Numbered from the stretch's first letter, positions 1 through 9,477 are shown. The stretch: 64,000 nt of DNA from Patescibacteria group bacterium (GCA_034658935.1 JAYEGE010000008.1:68678-132677), one strand, 5' to 3'. The notes: generated by a model from the letters alone, not told the origin. Numbers and translations: made by a program.

Positions 1-149
1 GTACCGATTCGGTACGGGCGGGGTGTCTCGGTCGCAGCCCCAGCTCGCTGCCTCGCTTGCTAGCTCGGTGTCGCTCCGCTTTTCGAGTCCCTCTGAGCGA
101 AGAATCACTGGAGCACCAACGCTATCACGTTGGTGCTAAGTGTTTCTAG

Positions 150-222
150 TCCGCTCAGAGGGATTCGAACCCCCGACCGTTCGGTTAAGAGCCGACTGCT
201 CTACCAACTGAGCTATGAGCGG
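150..222 (-). tRNA. tRNA-Lys (anticodon CTT)
   Basis: The reverse complement folds as a cloverleaf: acceptor CCGCTCA/TGAGCGG, D arm GCTC..GAGC, anticodon loop CTCTTAA, T arm GGGGG-TTCGAAT-CCCTC. The G27-A43 mismatch and C1 start are slightly atypical. Confidence 0.7.
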
Positions 223-394
223 AAACTTATTATTTACTGTCATCTGTCCACGCACCTCTAGTCCGATTACTCGGACCCTGTCCGCCCTCTGGCGGGAACT
301 GAGCCCCGCTCGTACCGAACAGTGGTGCGTTCGGGCGGGTATGAGCGGATGTTATGAGTGTAAAACTAAAGACGAAAAAAGTAAAATGAAGTAG

Positions 395-476
395 TGGGCC
401 AGGTGGGAATCGAACCCACATCCCTTGCGAGACACGATTTTAAGTCGTGCGCGTATACCAATTCCGCCACTGGCCC
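395..476 (-). tRNA. tRNA-Leu (anticodon TAA), class II with long variable arm
   Basis: The reverse complement reads GGGCCAG...CACGA-CTTAAAA-TCGTG with a long variable arm, then GTGGG-TTCGATT-CCCAC and CTGGCCC. CCA is not encoded. Confidence 0.85.
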
Positions 477-546
477 GAATATATTCTGCCTGCCTTCGGC
501 AGATGCTGAATTTTCATAGTCGCTTCTGCCCCTTAAAAATTCGCAG

Positions 547-618
547 AGGCCTAGGGCGGAATCGAACCGCCGTATAAGGGTTTTGCAGACCCTTGCCTTA
601 CCACTTGGCGACTAGGCC
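547..618 (-). tRNA. tRNA-Cys (anticodon GCA)
   Basis: The reverse complement reads GGCCTAG..AGGGT-CTGCAAA-ACCCT..GGCGG-TTCGATT-CCGCC-CTAGGCC. Confidence 0.85.
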
Positions 619-624
619 GTATTT

Positions 625-945
625 TTACTTTAACAATTCTTCTACCCTTTGCCTATTCTTTTCTCCCTGGTCAATCTCGAAGCTGAAGCGAGGAACAGCT
701 CGTGAGGATAGGTTCTTTTTGACATGTTGGCGCAGCTCGCTGAGCTGACGCCGGGCAAAGTCGAGCGCCGCCTGCTCTTTCTCTACTGGGTAGACGCTGA
801 GGAGAACATCTGCTCGACGGCCGTCACTAGACAGGTTTAAGCCCGTCACTGTGATTAGAGATTGCGGCCCAGCATGTTGCTGCAAGAAGCCGGCCGTTAA
901 TTGGCTGAGGGCGGCGATTAGACGCTCGCGACGATGTTCGCTCAT
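625..945 (-). CDS. rbfA: ribosome-binding factor A
   Basis: A 106-aa protein immediately downstream of infB in the conserved infB-rbfA arrangement. It is RbfA-like by size and charge pattern. Confidence 0.75.
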   Translation of the reverse strand: MSEHRRERLIAALSQLTAGFLQQHAGPQSLITVTGLNLSSDGRRADVLLSVYPVEKEQAALDFARRQLSELRQHVKKNLSSRAVPRFSFEIDQGEKNRQRVEELLK

Positions 946-951
946 GTTTGC

Positions 952-2478
952 TTATTGGGTGACGAGATCGAAAGCAACCAATTGGTCACCGGCGGCGATT
1001 GTCGCCTTGGTTTCTACTAAGGCTCCAAATTGATTACCTTCCTGCACTTCTTTGGTTTTCAGTTTTTGCTCTTGTAGCTCAACGATCTTACCCCGGTCTA
1101 TTTCGCTGTCCCGACGGAGTATCTTTACTTGTTTGCCAACCATCAATTTCCCCTCTAAGACATTCCCCCCAATGACCTGCTTATTCTTGGTGCCGCCGAA
1201 GACTTTAAGAATCTTGGCTCGGCCGATCTCATTCTCTACCTGTTTCAGGGGGGTGCGCCGCTTGATTTCTTCAGCCAACCACTCTGATAATTTATAGATG
1301 ATGTCGAAGGTGTGAACCACAACCTTATTTGTCTCCGCCAATTCGGTGGCCGCCTTCACTGCCTCTACATTGAAACCTAGCACCAAAGCCCCTTCTGTCG
1401 CTCGGGCCAATTTAATATCGGTCTCAGTGATCGTCCCAATTGAGGCATCGAGAAGCTTCAGTCCCACTTCCGGAGTTTCTAATTTAGCGAGCTCGTGTTT
1501 AACAGCCCCTAAACTACCAGCCACATCGGCCTTAATGATTATTGGGATGTTTATTTTATCGGCCTCCTCTGTGTTGGACGTTGCGTTACCGCCTTGGACT
1601 TGGTCTTCGGCGGCCTCGGCTTCTGCTGCCTTCTCAGCTTCGCGGCGATTACCGTAGGCGGTGAAAGTGGCCCCTACTGGGGGCAGATTGGAGAGACTTA
1701 TCAGGAGGGCGGGGGAGGAGAAGCTTAATTCCTTTACTCGTTCTCTGAGAAAATTCTGGAGAGATCTGACCTTATTAGTTTTGCCGCTGGCCACTAGATA
1801 ATCGCCTACATGCAAAATTCCATCTTTGATAATCAATACGGCAGAGTTGCCGCTCTTGGGGTCTAGATTGGTCTCAAGAATTACTCCAGTGCCAGGAGCC
1901 TTCGGGTCGCCCTTCAATTCTGCCAGCTCAGCAGTGAGGAGGAGGAGATCAAGGAGCTCCTCAACCCCCGCTCCCGTCTTAGCTGAGATCGCCGCCCAGG
2001 GAATGTCTCCACCATAACCTTCCACCAAGACTTCCGCCTCAGCCAATTCCTGTTTAATGGTATCCGGATTAGTGTTGGGGCGATCTATTTTATTAATTGC
2101 TACAACGTATGGCAGGTCCTGCTTCTGGATCGCCTTCAAGGCTTCCAGTGTTTGAGGTTTGACGCCCTCCTCGGCCGAGACTATGAGGATGGCAATGTCG
2201 GCTAGGCCAGCACTCCGCTCTCTAATATCGCCAAAGGCCTCGTGGCCAGGCGTGTCAATAAAAGTAATTCGACGTTTTTGCCCCTCACTGTCGGTGCGCT
2301 CAACTTCATAAGCACTGACGGCCTGGGTAATTCCCCCGGCCTCACTCTCGACCACTTTAGTTTGGCGGATATAATCAAGGAGAGTAGATTTGCCATGGTC
2401 GATATGGCCCATTACAACAATAACCGGCGGGCGCCGTGTTGATACCTCGGTATTTTTTTTGATCGCTTTTTTTGCCAT
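952..2478 (-). CDS. infB: translation initiation factor IF-2 (short form, 508 aa)
   Basis: G-domain motifs GHIDHGKST and DTPGHEAF, plus C-terminal IF-2 beta-barrel domains. Confidence 0.95.
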   Translation of the reverse strand: MAKKAIKKNTEVSTRRPPVIVVMGHIDHGKSTLLDYIRQTKVVESEAGGITQAVSAYEVERTDSEGQKRRITFIDTPGHEAFGDIRERSAGLADIAILIVSAEEGVKPQTLEALKAIQKQDLPYVVAINKIDRPNTNPDTIKQELAEAEVLVEGYGGDIPWAAISAKTGAGVEELLDLLLLTAELAELKGDPKAPGTGVILETNLDPKSGNSAVLIIKDGILHVGDYLVASGKTNKVRSLQNFLRERVKELSFSSPALLISLSNLPPVGATFTAYGNRREAEKAAEAEAAEDQVQGGNATSNTEEADKINIPIIIKADVAGSLGAVKHELAKLETPEVGLKLLDASIGTITETDIKLARATEGALVLGFNVEAVKAATELAETNKVVVHTFDIIYKLSEWLAEEIKRRTPLKQVENEIGRAKILKVFGGTKNKQVIGGNVLEGKLMVGKQVKILRRDSEIDRGKIVELQEQKLKTKEVQEGNQFGALVETKATIAAGDQLVAFDLVTQ

Positions 2479-2527
2479 GAGTAAAGTAATATGGAGCCGA
2501 TTCTAGGGCCTATTGGATGCGTGCTTG

Positions 2528-2974
2528 CTACTGCAATGCAGCCTGCTCTTCGTCGGTTAACTCGTATTCACTCCGCCGGCCAATAATGGGCTTAGCGTAA
2601 ACATTGACCTTGTCGCGAGAGTATAGACTAGAAACTACCGCTCCATTACCCCTTTCGTCAAGGAAGGCGGTGACAAAGCTCTGATTGCCACCTTGATCTT
2701 GGAAGGGGTTAAAGCGGACAGTTTTAACGTGCTGGATGCTACGCCGCAGGCGCTCCTCGACTTTTATGAGATGTTGAGTAATCTCTTCATTGATCTTATC
2801 TGTCTGCTGGACAGCTTCGTTTAGGTTATTGATAACCCCCTCAAGGCTCTTGGCGTTTTGGCCTCGGAGGAAGCGACTCAGCTTGATTTCCAGGCGGATA
2901 ATCCATACGAGTAAGACGACAATCGCCAATAGGGCTAGAAGAAAGGGGAGATCGTCTGTCAAATTAAAGGCCAT
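2528..2974 (-). CDS. DUF4446-family protein (N-terminal TM helix, coiled coil)
   Basis: Resembles DUF4446 proteins: N-terminal hydrophobic helix, coiled-coil region, conserved C-terminal VRFNPFQD..G..SFVTAFLDERGNGAVVSSLYSRD block. Confidence 0.6.
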   Translation of the reverse strand: MAFNLTDDLPFLLALLAIVVLLVWIIRLEIKLSRFLRGQNAKSLEGVINNLNEAVQQTDKINEEITQHLIKVEERLRRSIQHVKTVRFNPFQDQGGNQSFVTAFLDERGNGAVVSSLYSRDKVNVYAKPIIGRRSEYELTDEEQAALQ

Positions 2975-3012
2975 AGTTTCCCAATTATAAACGATTAGCT
3001 AGAATACGTCTA

Positions 3013-4251
3013 ATGCCTAAAACACGTCGAATTAATTTTGATACCGCCGCCGCTACACCACTGGACCCGGCAATCAAGCGAGAGATGAATGCTTATCTAC
3101 GCAGCAATTTCGCTAACCCGTCTGGCTTGCACCAAGAGGGGGTGGCGGCGGCGCGTGAGCTTGCCAATGCCCGTGCGCGAGTGGCTGCCATCCTTGGTGC
3201 TCACTCTGACGAGATTGTTTTCACTAGTGGCGGGACTGAGGCGAATAACTTGGCGGTTTTTGGCGTAGTTGAGGCTCTTGAATCATTTGGACACGCCGTG
3301 TCCAAATCAAGGAAGCCCATTTGGACATGGCGTGTCCAAATGCAGGTGGTTACTTCGGCCATTGAGCACGCCTCGGTATTGGGGGCGGTGCGGGTGCTCG
3401 AGGGGCGGGGAGTGAAGGTGAGTTATCTGTCAGTAAATCGTGAAGGCTTAGTTAATCAAAAAAAATTGAAGACCGCCTTAAATAAAAAAACCAAACTCGT
3501 TTCTATTATTTATGCCCATAATGAAATTGGGGTGGTCCAACCGATCAGGGAGATTGCTAAAATTATCCGTCACCATTGTAAGCGGCATGGGACGGTTTAT
3601 CCTTATTTACATATTGATGCCTGCCAGGCGCCGCGTTTTCTTGACATCAACGTGGCTCGCTTGGGCGTAGACTTGATGACAATCAATGCTGGTAAGATTT
3701 ATGGCCCGCGTGGTATTGGTGCGCTCTACGTTAGGCGAGGTGTCGAGCTTGGGGCGCAATCAGTCGGTGGTAGCCAGGAGGGTGGACGGCGAGCAGGGAC
3801 TGAGAACGTGGCCGGTGCCATCGGCCTAGCCGGGGCCCTAGAAATTTGTGCTAAGGAGCGCGAAAAAGAAGCCAAGAGATTAAGCAAATTGCGCGATCAA
3901 TTAATTGCTGGCTTATTAAAGATTGATGGTGTTGAGTTGAATGGGCCACTGACAGAAAGATTGCCCAATAACGTTAATATTGGTGTTGGTGTCCCTAATC
4001 TAGAAAGTGAACAGGTGGTCATCGAGCTTGATGCCCAGGGCATTGCTTGTTCTACTGGCGCGGCTTGTAGCATTCCTAAACGTGACGGTTCCTATGTTAT
4101 AATGGCTCTAGGCAGAGACGAAGTGGCGGCGCGGAATGCAATTAGATTTACCCTTGGGCGGGAGGCGACGTCGGCTGACGTTAGGCATGTATTAAAAAGT
4201 CTAATAGCAATTTTCAAAAAATATGTACCAAGTCCCATCACTAAAATTTAG
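3013..4251 (+). CDS. cysteine desulfurase (class V aminotransferase, IscS/NifS group I)
   Basis: Has the TSGGTEANNLA motif, a PLP-lysine region and the C-terminal active-site Cys loop (ACSTGAACS). It carries an unusual in-frame palindromic insert at 3285-3343. Confidence 0.9.
   Translation: MPKTRRINFDTAAATPLDPAIKREMNAYLRSNFANPSGLHQEGVAAARELANARARVAAILGAHSDEIVFTSGGTEANNLAVFGVVEALESFGHAVSKSRKPIWTWRVQMQVVTSAIEHASVLGAVRVLEGRGVKVSYLSVNREGLVNQKKLKTALNKKTKLVSIIYAHNEIGVVQPIREIAKIIRHHCKRHGTVYPYLHIDACQAPRFLDINVARLGVDLMTINAGKIYGPRGIGALYVRRGVELGAQSVGGSQEGGRRAGTENVAGAIGLAGALEICAKEREKEAKRLSKLRDQLIAGLLKIDGVELNGPLTERLPNNVNIGVGVPNLESEQVVIELDAQGIACSTGAACSIPKRDGSYVIMALGRDEVAARNAIRFTLGREATSADVRHVLKSLIAIFKKYVPSPITKI
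3285..3343. repeat. tandem pair of about 23-nt palindromes (ATTTGGACACGCCGTGTCCAAAT) embedded in-frame in the desulfurase CDS
   Basis: Copy 1 (3286-3308) is a perfect palindrome. Copy 2 (3320-3342) has one mismatch. The two are separated by 11 nt. Confidence 0.8.
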
Positions 4252-4370
4252 ATATTCTGACTTGGAACCACATATTTTCACCTCATAAATTGGCCGCGGA
4301 TTGAGAGCTTGCTTAATTCTTGAAATTATTGTATCATAGATTAATCAACATATAATCAATTTGTAAAAGA

Positions 4371-5282
4371 ATGGAGGAATTAAATAAAAACCAAATAGTT
4401 CTCTTGACTCTACTAGTTAGCTTTGTCACCTCGATTGCTACGGGCATTGTGACCGTTACTCTTATGGATCAGGCTCCGGCCCCGGTGACTCAGACCATTA
4501 ATCGGGTAGTTGAGCGAACTATTGAAAAGGCGGTCCCCGGCGAGACCAAAATAGAGACGGTCGTTAAGGAGGTCCCAGTAGTGGTAACCGAAGATAAATT
4601 GATTGTCGATGTTATTAACAATACTTCTCCGGGGGCGGTTAGGATTACCGACCTTGAGGGCGAGACTGTGGCGACTGGTTTTATCGCTGATGCAAGCGGT
4701 TTGGTGGCGACTGCCAAGTCCCTACTCATTCCTCTGGCCCCTATCGAGACTATTGATGATGATGCCGCCGGGCTCACAAATGAGGAGGAAGTAGAGATAG
4801 ATGCTGTAGAGGAAGAGACTCCAGAGTCGGAGCCTGCCCCCACTGATTACTTGGTTCACTTTAATAATGGTCAGAGTCTCTCAGCTAAATTACTAGAGAC
4901 CAATGCTGAAGTGGAGGTGGCTCTCTTGAAAGTTGATTTGGGGGAAGTGGCCGATATTGGTCAATTGGCCGGAGTTGGTGGCACCACCAGCAGGCAGCCA
5001 ATAGTTCTATCTCTCACTGACGACGAGCCTTTGCCTGGTCAGACAGTGGTCGCGCTTGGCCTACCAGATGCTGGGCCGATTAATGTCTCTGGAGGTTTGG
5101 TTTCTAGTGTTTACGCTGACGGCGCGGGCGTGACACTAATCGTTACTACTGCCGCCAATGTTAGTAACCTGGGTGGCCCACTCTTCAATACCGATGGTGA
5201 AGTGATTGGTCTCAATCGGTCGGTTGGGTCAGCGATTGGTGCGGAGGCGATTAGACAAGCTATTACTGAAATAAGCACTTAG
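4371..5282 (+). CDS. membrane-anchored trypsin-like (S1C/HtrA-fold) protein, probably catalytically inactive
   Basis: N-terminal TM helix. The C-terminal region aligns to the HtrA protease domain. The conserved GNSGGPL is replaced by SNLGGPLFNTDGEVIGLN (Ser to Leu), and the His region reads ATAKS. Confidence 0.6.
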   Translation: MEELNKNQIVLLTLLVSFVTSIATGIVTVTLMDQAPAPVTQTINRVVERTIEKAVPGETKIETVVKEVPVVVTEDKLIVDVINNTSPGAVRITDLEGETVATGFIADASGLVATAKSLLIPLAPIETIDDDAAGLTNEEEVEIDAVEEETPESEPAPTDYLVHFNNGQSLSAKLLETNAEVEVALLKVDLGEVADIGQLAGVGGTTSRQPIVLSLTDDEPLPGQTVVALGLPDAGPINVSGGLVSSVYADGAGVTLIVTTAANVSNLGGPLFNTDGEVIGLNRSVGSAIGAEAIRQAITEIST

Positions 5283-5297
5283 GCCCCACAATAACTT

Positions 5298-8003
5298 ATG
5301 CCTCCATTCCATAATTTCACTACTAAAGCCAAGGAAGTGATCCGTAAGACTCACGAGTTAGCAATTGAACGTGGTCGAAACCAAGTTGGACCTATCCAGC
5401 TTTTGGCAGCTTTATTGCTCCAGGAGGAGAGCTCTTTTATTTCCATTCTCGATAAAATTGAGATTGACACCGTCATGTTGACTGACCACGTTATCGAGCA
5501 TCTAGATGGCGCGTCAGGTGGTGGCGGAGTTTCGTCAGCTCCCTATCAGATTTACATTACCCCCGAGCTGGTTAAGGTTTTCGAGACCTCAGTTAAGATC
5601 GCCGCTAATTTACAAGACGAGTTTGTTTCCACTGAGCATTTATTACTCGCTTTGCTAGAGACTCCCAATCAAGCTCACGAAATCTTGCAACGCTTCCGAG
5701 TAAGTAAGGACCAGATTTTGAAAGTGCTCCAAGACTTGCGTGACAATAAGGTCCATGAAGTTGATCAGCCAAAAAAGCTCCGGGCAATTGAGCGCTACAC
5801 CAAGAATCTGACCGAAATGGCCAGGCAAGATAAACTCGACCCCGTTATCGGTCGAGAAGCTGAGGTCCAACGTCTGATGGAGATCTTGTCTCGTCGGACA
5901 AAAAATAATCCTATCCTAATTGGAGAGGCTGGCACTGGTAAAACCGCGATTGCTGAGGGTCTAGCTATTAAGATTGCCAAGGCCGATGTTCCTGAATCTT
6001 TGCGAGAGAAGGAAGTAGTTTCCTTAGACTTGGGCTCTTTAATCGCTGGCACGAAGTATCGTGGTGAATTCGAAGATCGGTTAAAGAATGTCCTTAAGGA
6101 AATCGAGCGCTCGGGCAATAAGCTAATTCTCTTCATCGACGAGATCCATACTATTGTTGGCGCTGGTGCTGCCGAGGGGGCGATTGATGCTTCTAATATG
6201 TTGAAGCCAGCCTTGGCGCGCGGTGAACTCCGCGCTATTGGGGCAACTACGCTTAAGGAGTACCAAAAGCATATTGAACGAGATCAGGCCCTGACACGCC
6301 GCTTCCAACCTATCCATGTTGAGGAGCCTAGCGTTGATGACGCCATTGCTATTTTGCGGGGCTTGCAGGATAAGTATGAGTTTCATCACGGCATTCATAT
6401 TACCGATAAGGCCATTGTTGCGGCAGTTAAACTCTCTAGCCGTTATATTACTGACCGCTTCTTGCCCGACAAAGCAATTGATCTTATTGATGAGGCCTCT
6501 TCAGCTTTGCGCTTACAGCTTGAGAGTAAACCTCGCGAGTTGTCCGAGTCTGATATTAAAATTATGCGCCTCGAGGTGGAGAGGGAAGCCCTAAAGAAGG
6601 AGGTGGAAGTGAATAAGGACGCCAAGGCCAAGACCCGAATTAAAAAAATTGATAAAGAAATTAGTGATTTGCGTGAGAAGGTCAGCGAACTCGAACTCAA
6701 GTGGAAGAATGAGAAGGAGACCATTGGTGAGATTAAGACAATGAAGGGTGAGCTAGAGAGCTTGCGACTAGAGGCTGAACAGGCCGAGCTGCGTTCAGAC
6801 TTAGCCAAGGCCGCCGAGATTCGTTATGGCAAGCTCCCAACTATCCAAAAGAATCTGTCTTCACGAGAGACTCGCCTGAAGAAACTCCAACGTTCGCGAC
6901 GCCTACTTAAGGAAGAGGTGAATGAGGAGGAGATCGCTCAAGTGGTTGCTCGTTGGACCCACGTGCCAGTAACTAAGATGCTCGAGGGCGAGGTTGATCG
7001 CTTGGAGAGGATTGAAGAGGAGCTACGGAAACGAGTTCGTGGTCAAGATGAAGCAATCAAGAAAATCTCAGAAGCGGTTAAGCGTTCGCGCGCCGGTGTT
7101 TCTGATCCCGATAGGCCGATTGGCTCCTTCATGTTCTTGGGGCCAACAGGCGTTGGTAAGACAGAACTTGCCAGGGCGCTCGCCGCCTTCATGTTTGATG
7201 ACGAGAAGGCACTCGTCCGGGTGGACATGAGTGAATACATGGAGAAGTACTCGGTCTCTAAGATGATCGGCTCGCCGCCTGGCTATGTTGGTCATGAAGA
7301 AGGTGGGGCGCTTACTGAGACGGTCCGTCACCGCCCTTATTCTGTTCTCCTCTTCGACGAGATTGAGAAAGCTCATCCTGAAGTCTTTAATATCTTCCTC
7401 CAAGTATTAGATAATGGCCGCTTAACTGACGCTAAAGGGCGAGTGGTCAATTTCAAAAATACGATTATTTTGCTGACTTCTAATTTGGGGAGTGAGTATA
7501 TTAATCGTTTGCAACAACGAATCGGCTTTAATCAAAAAGATGGTGCCGAGTTGCCTGATCCAGAAGAGATGAAAGCTAAGATTCATGAGAGCCTAAAGAG
7601 TCATTTCCGTCCGGAGTTTTTGAATCGGCTTGACGACATTGTGATTTTCAATTCTCTTTCGGTAGAGCAGATTAAAGAGATCGTAGATATTCAATTAGAA
7701 TTGGTGCGCGAGCGTCTATCTCATAAATTAATCAAATTAGAAATTACCCCAGAAGCGAGGGGGTATTTGGCTCGCGAAGGTTATAGCGTCGAGTATGGTG
7801 TCCGCCCACTCAAGCGCTTGATCCAGACCAAGGTGCTTAATCAAGTCGCCGAGCTTATTATTGCCCGCAAGATTGATCGCGGTGGGGAGGTTTTGGTGAG
7901 AATGAAAGACGGCAAACTTGTGGTGGAACTAAAGAAAGCCTCCCGCACCCGCCGTGTCCGTTCAACTATCGACTCTCGCCCCGTAGCCGGGGGAGTAAAA
8001 TAA
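5298..8003 (+). CDS. clpB: ATP-dependent chaperone ClpB
   Basis: Two AAA+ modules (GEAGTGKT and GPTGVGKT Walker A) and a long coiled-coil middle domain. The N-domain is ClpB-like. Confidence 0.95.
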   Translation: MPPFHNFTTKAKEVIRKTHELAIERGRNQVGPIQLLAALLLQEESSFISILDKIEIDTVMLTDHVIEHLDGASGGGGVSSAPYQIYITPELVKVFETSVKIAANLQDEFVSTEHLLLALLETPNQAHEILQRFRVSKDQILKVLQDLRDNKVHEVDQPKKLRAIERYTKNLTEMARQDKLDPVIGREAEVQRLMEILSRRTKNNPILIGEAGTGKTAIAEGLAIKIAKADVPESLREKEVVSLDLGSLIAGTKYRGEFEDRLKNVLKEIERSGNKLILFIDEIHTIVGAGAAEGAIDASNMLKPALARGELRAIGATTLKEYQKHIERDQALTRRFQPIHVEEPSVDDAIAILRGLQDKYEFHHGIHITDKAIVAAVKLSSRYITDRFLPDKAIDLIDEASSALRLQLESKPRELSESDIKIMRLEVEREALKKEVEVNKDAKAKTRIKKIDKEISDLREKVSELELKWKNEKETIGEIKTMKGELESLRLEAEQAELRSDLAKAAEIRYGKLPTIQKNLSSRETRLKKLQRSRRLLKEEVNEEEIAQVVARWTHVPVTKMLEGEVDRLERIEEELRKRVRGQDEAIKKISEAVKRSRAGVSDPDRPIGSFMFLGPTGVGKTELARALAAFMFDDEKALVRVDMSEYMEKYSVSKMIGSPPGYVGHEEGGALTETVRHRPYSVLLFDEIEKAHPEVFNIFLQVLDNGRLTDAKGRVVNFKNTIILLTSNLGSEYINRLQQRIGFNQKDGAELPDPEEMKAKIHESLKSHFRPEFLNRLDDIVIFNSLSVEQIKEIVDIQLELVRERLSHKLIKLEITPEARGYLAREGYSVEYGVRPLKRLIQTKVLNQVAELIIARKIDRGGEVLVRMKDGKLVVELKKASRTRRVRSTIDSRPVAGGVK

Positions 8004-8063
8004 GATTAATCGACCCCGAGGGTCGATTAAGGGGGACGCTCTTTCCTGGCGCTGAGGGTCCCC

Positions 8064-8092
8064 TTGAGACACCTGGTATCTTGGGTTATAAT
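8064..8092 (+). promoter_or_regulatory. sigma70-like promoter (TTGAGA-17 nt-TATAAT) upstream of tRNA-Tyr
   Basis: Near-consensus -35 and a perfect -10 with a 17-nt spacer. It lies about 140 nt upstream of the tRNA. Confidence 0.6.
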
Positions 8093-8231
8093 GCCGTTCG
8101 TTCGCATGTTTGTTCGTAAAAGCGTCGGTGGCCCTCCTTCGTTCGCTAGTAAGCGAACTACGGACGGGCGAGTGGTGAGGAGGCGCGTATGTTTTGTTTT
8201 CCGGGCTCCCATATTGTTGGAGTACCTGAGA

Positions 8232-8314
8232 GCGTCGGTGGCGGAGTGGTCAATCGCAACAGACTGTAAATCTGTCGACTTATGTCTACGCAGGTTCGAA
8301 TCCTGCCCGGCGCA
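8232..8314 (+). tRNA. tRNA-Tyr (anticodon GTA), class II
   Basis: Acceptor GCGTCGG/CCGGCGC, anticodon loop CTGTAAA, long variable arm, T arm GCAGG-TTCGAAT-CCTGC. Confidence 0.85.
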
Positions 8315-8397
8315 CAATTTGACAATTAGTTTTAAATAGTATATTGTGAAGAGGGTCGGTTAGATATTTCCAAGGTTCAAAAAGAAAGGGAAGTGCC

Positions 8398-8694
8398 ATG
8401 GAGCAGATTTTCGGTGTGGCGGCGCTGATTTGTGGGTTGCTGACATTTCTCGTGGGGTTGTCGGCGCAGGCGCTTAAGCAATACCGCGAGAAGAGATGCG
8501 GCATCAGTATCGTTTTCGCCGGGCTTGGGACTATCACCTGCATTGTCCGGATCACCTACTTTGCCTTGGCGGAAGCTTATTGGACGATTCCGCCGGACGT
8601 GGTGGGGCTAGCTGTTTCAGTTATCATACTGTACCAATATGGTGCCTATGAACGGCATTGGTGGGGCAATCTCGCTCGTCGTGGGCAGACCTAG
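8398..8694 (+). CDS. hypothetical small membrane protein (3 predicted TM helices)
   Basis: Hydrophobic 98-aa ORF with RBS-like AAAGAAAGGGAAG upstream. Confidence 0.5.
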   Translation: MEQIFGVAALICGLLTFLVGLSAQALKQYREKRCGISIVFAGLGTITCIVRITYFALAEAYWTIPPDVVGLAVSVIILYQYGAYERHWWGNLARRGQT

Positions 8695-9045
8695 TTGGCC
8701 CTAGACAGGGAATTGAGGCCATGATAAGCTACTAGACAGGTAGGACGTTGGCGATTTTTTGCGACACTGTGCCGTTGCGGCTGACCCTCGAACAAATTTC
8801 ATCCCTAATGTAATGCAAGTGGACTAGCCGCGATGGCCGTTCTCGATTAAATCGTAACGACACCACCCCCCCCCGACCTGATATATTGGGTCAACAGCCG
8901 CCACAGATGACTTCAAAGTTTGTGGCGGCACTTTTATTTTTTCCACTGGACTTTCGGGCTGCAATATGCCGTACTCCTAATGGAACAATTATTGAGCCGG
9001 GGTGGCTCGTGATGGTACATTCCAATACAAAGAAAGGGGGCTATC

Positions 9046-9477
9046 ATGCCCATTGTTGTTCAAGCAATTTTGCTCTTGGCCTACTTTATCACTGGCTGTA
9101 TTCTCTCGTGGCCTTACACTTATCTCGCTGGCGGGAGTCCCGGGCATTGGTCCTCGGCGGCCTGGCTGACGCCCGTTGCCACCCTTCTCCTATATGCCAC
9201 TTACCTGATGAAGAGAGGTCGATGTCGTAGGGAGAATCGGTGTGTTGCTCCATTTTGGGTGCTGCTGACTTACTTTTGTCTCCCCGTACTTTTGAACGGG
9301 GTTTCGTTTCTGCTAAAGTCGGTGGGGTGCGAGGTGGTGGGGAGTTACGTCTTCGAAGTTCGTTATGTCAGCCTCTTGTTTCTGCCGATGCTCCTTGTGA
9401 TCGGTCTGACGGTTGTCAGTGGGATGCACAGTATTTGTCGGTGGTTTAGCCGGGGCGGTGTAACATTGGTCATCTGA
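9046..9477 (+). CDS. hypothetical integral membrane protein
   Basis: 143-aa hydrophobic ORF. The same AAAGAAAGGGGG RBS-like motif sits 6 nt upstream of the ATG. Confidence 0.5.
   Translation: MPIVVQAILLLAYFITGCILSWPYTYLAGGSPGHWSSAAWLTPVATLLLYATYLMKRGRCRRENRCVAPFWVLLTYFCLPVLLNGVSFLLKSVGCEVVGSYVFEVRYVSLLFLPMLLVIGLTVVSGMHSICRWFSRGGVTLVI

Noticed and set aside
230-421. 63-aa minus-strand ORF in the tRNA cluster
   Set aside because: It overlaps tRNA-Leu and a structured spacer, has no RBS and a composition-biased translation.
1-620. RNase P RNA, SRP RNA or tmRNA in the tRNA cluster spacers
   Set aside because: The conserved signature sequences (SRP domain IV GGAAGCAGCC loop, RNase P P4 AGGAAAGUCCGG, tmRNA tRNA-like end) were not found by eye. 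Left as an unclassified structured spacer.
8040-8231. Possible intron-containing or second tRNA upstream of tRNA-Tyr
   Set aside because: No T-loop (GGTTCGAATCC-like) on either strand. The downstream tRNA is intact on its own. The 12-nt match is kept only as a low-interest finding.
8027-8555. ORFs overlapping tRNA-Tyr (8027-8317 minus, 8064-8339 plus, 8286-8555 minus)
   Set aside because: They coincide with the tRNA gene, its promoter and leader. No coding signal.
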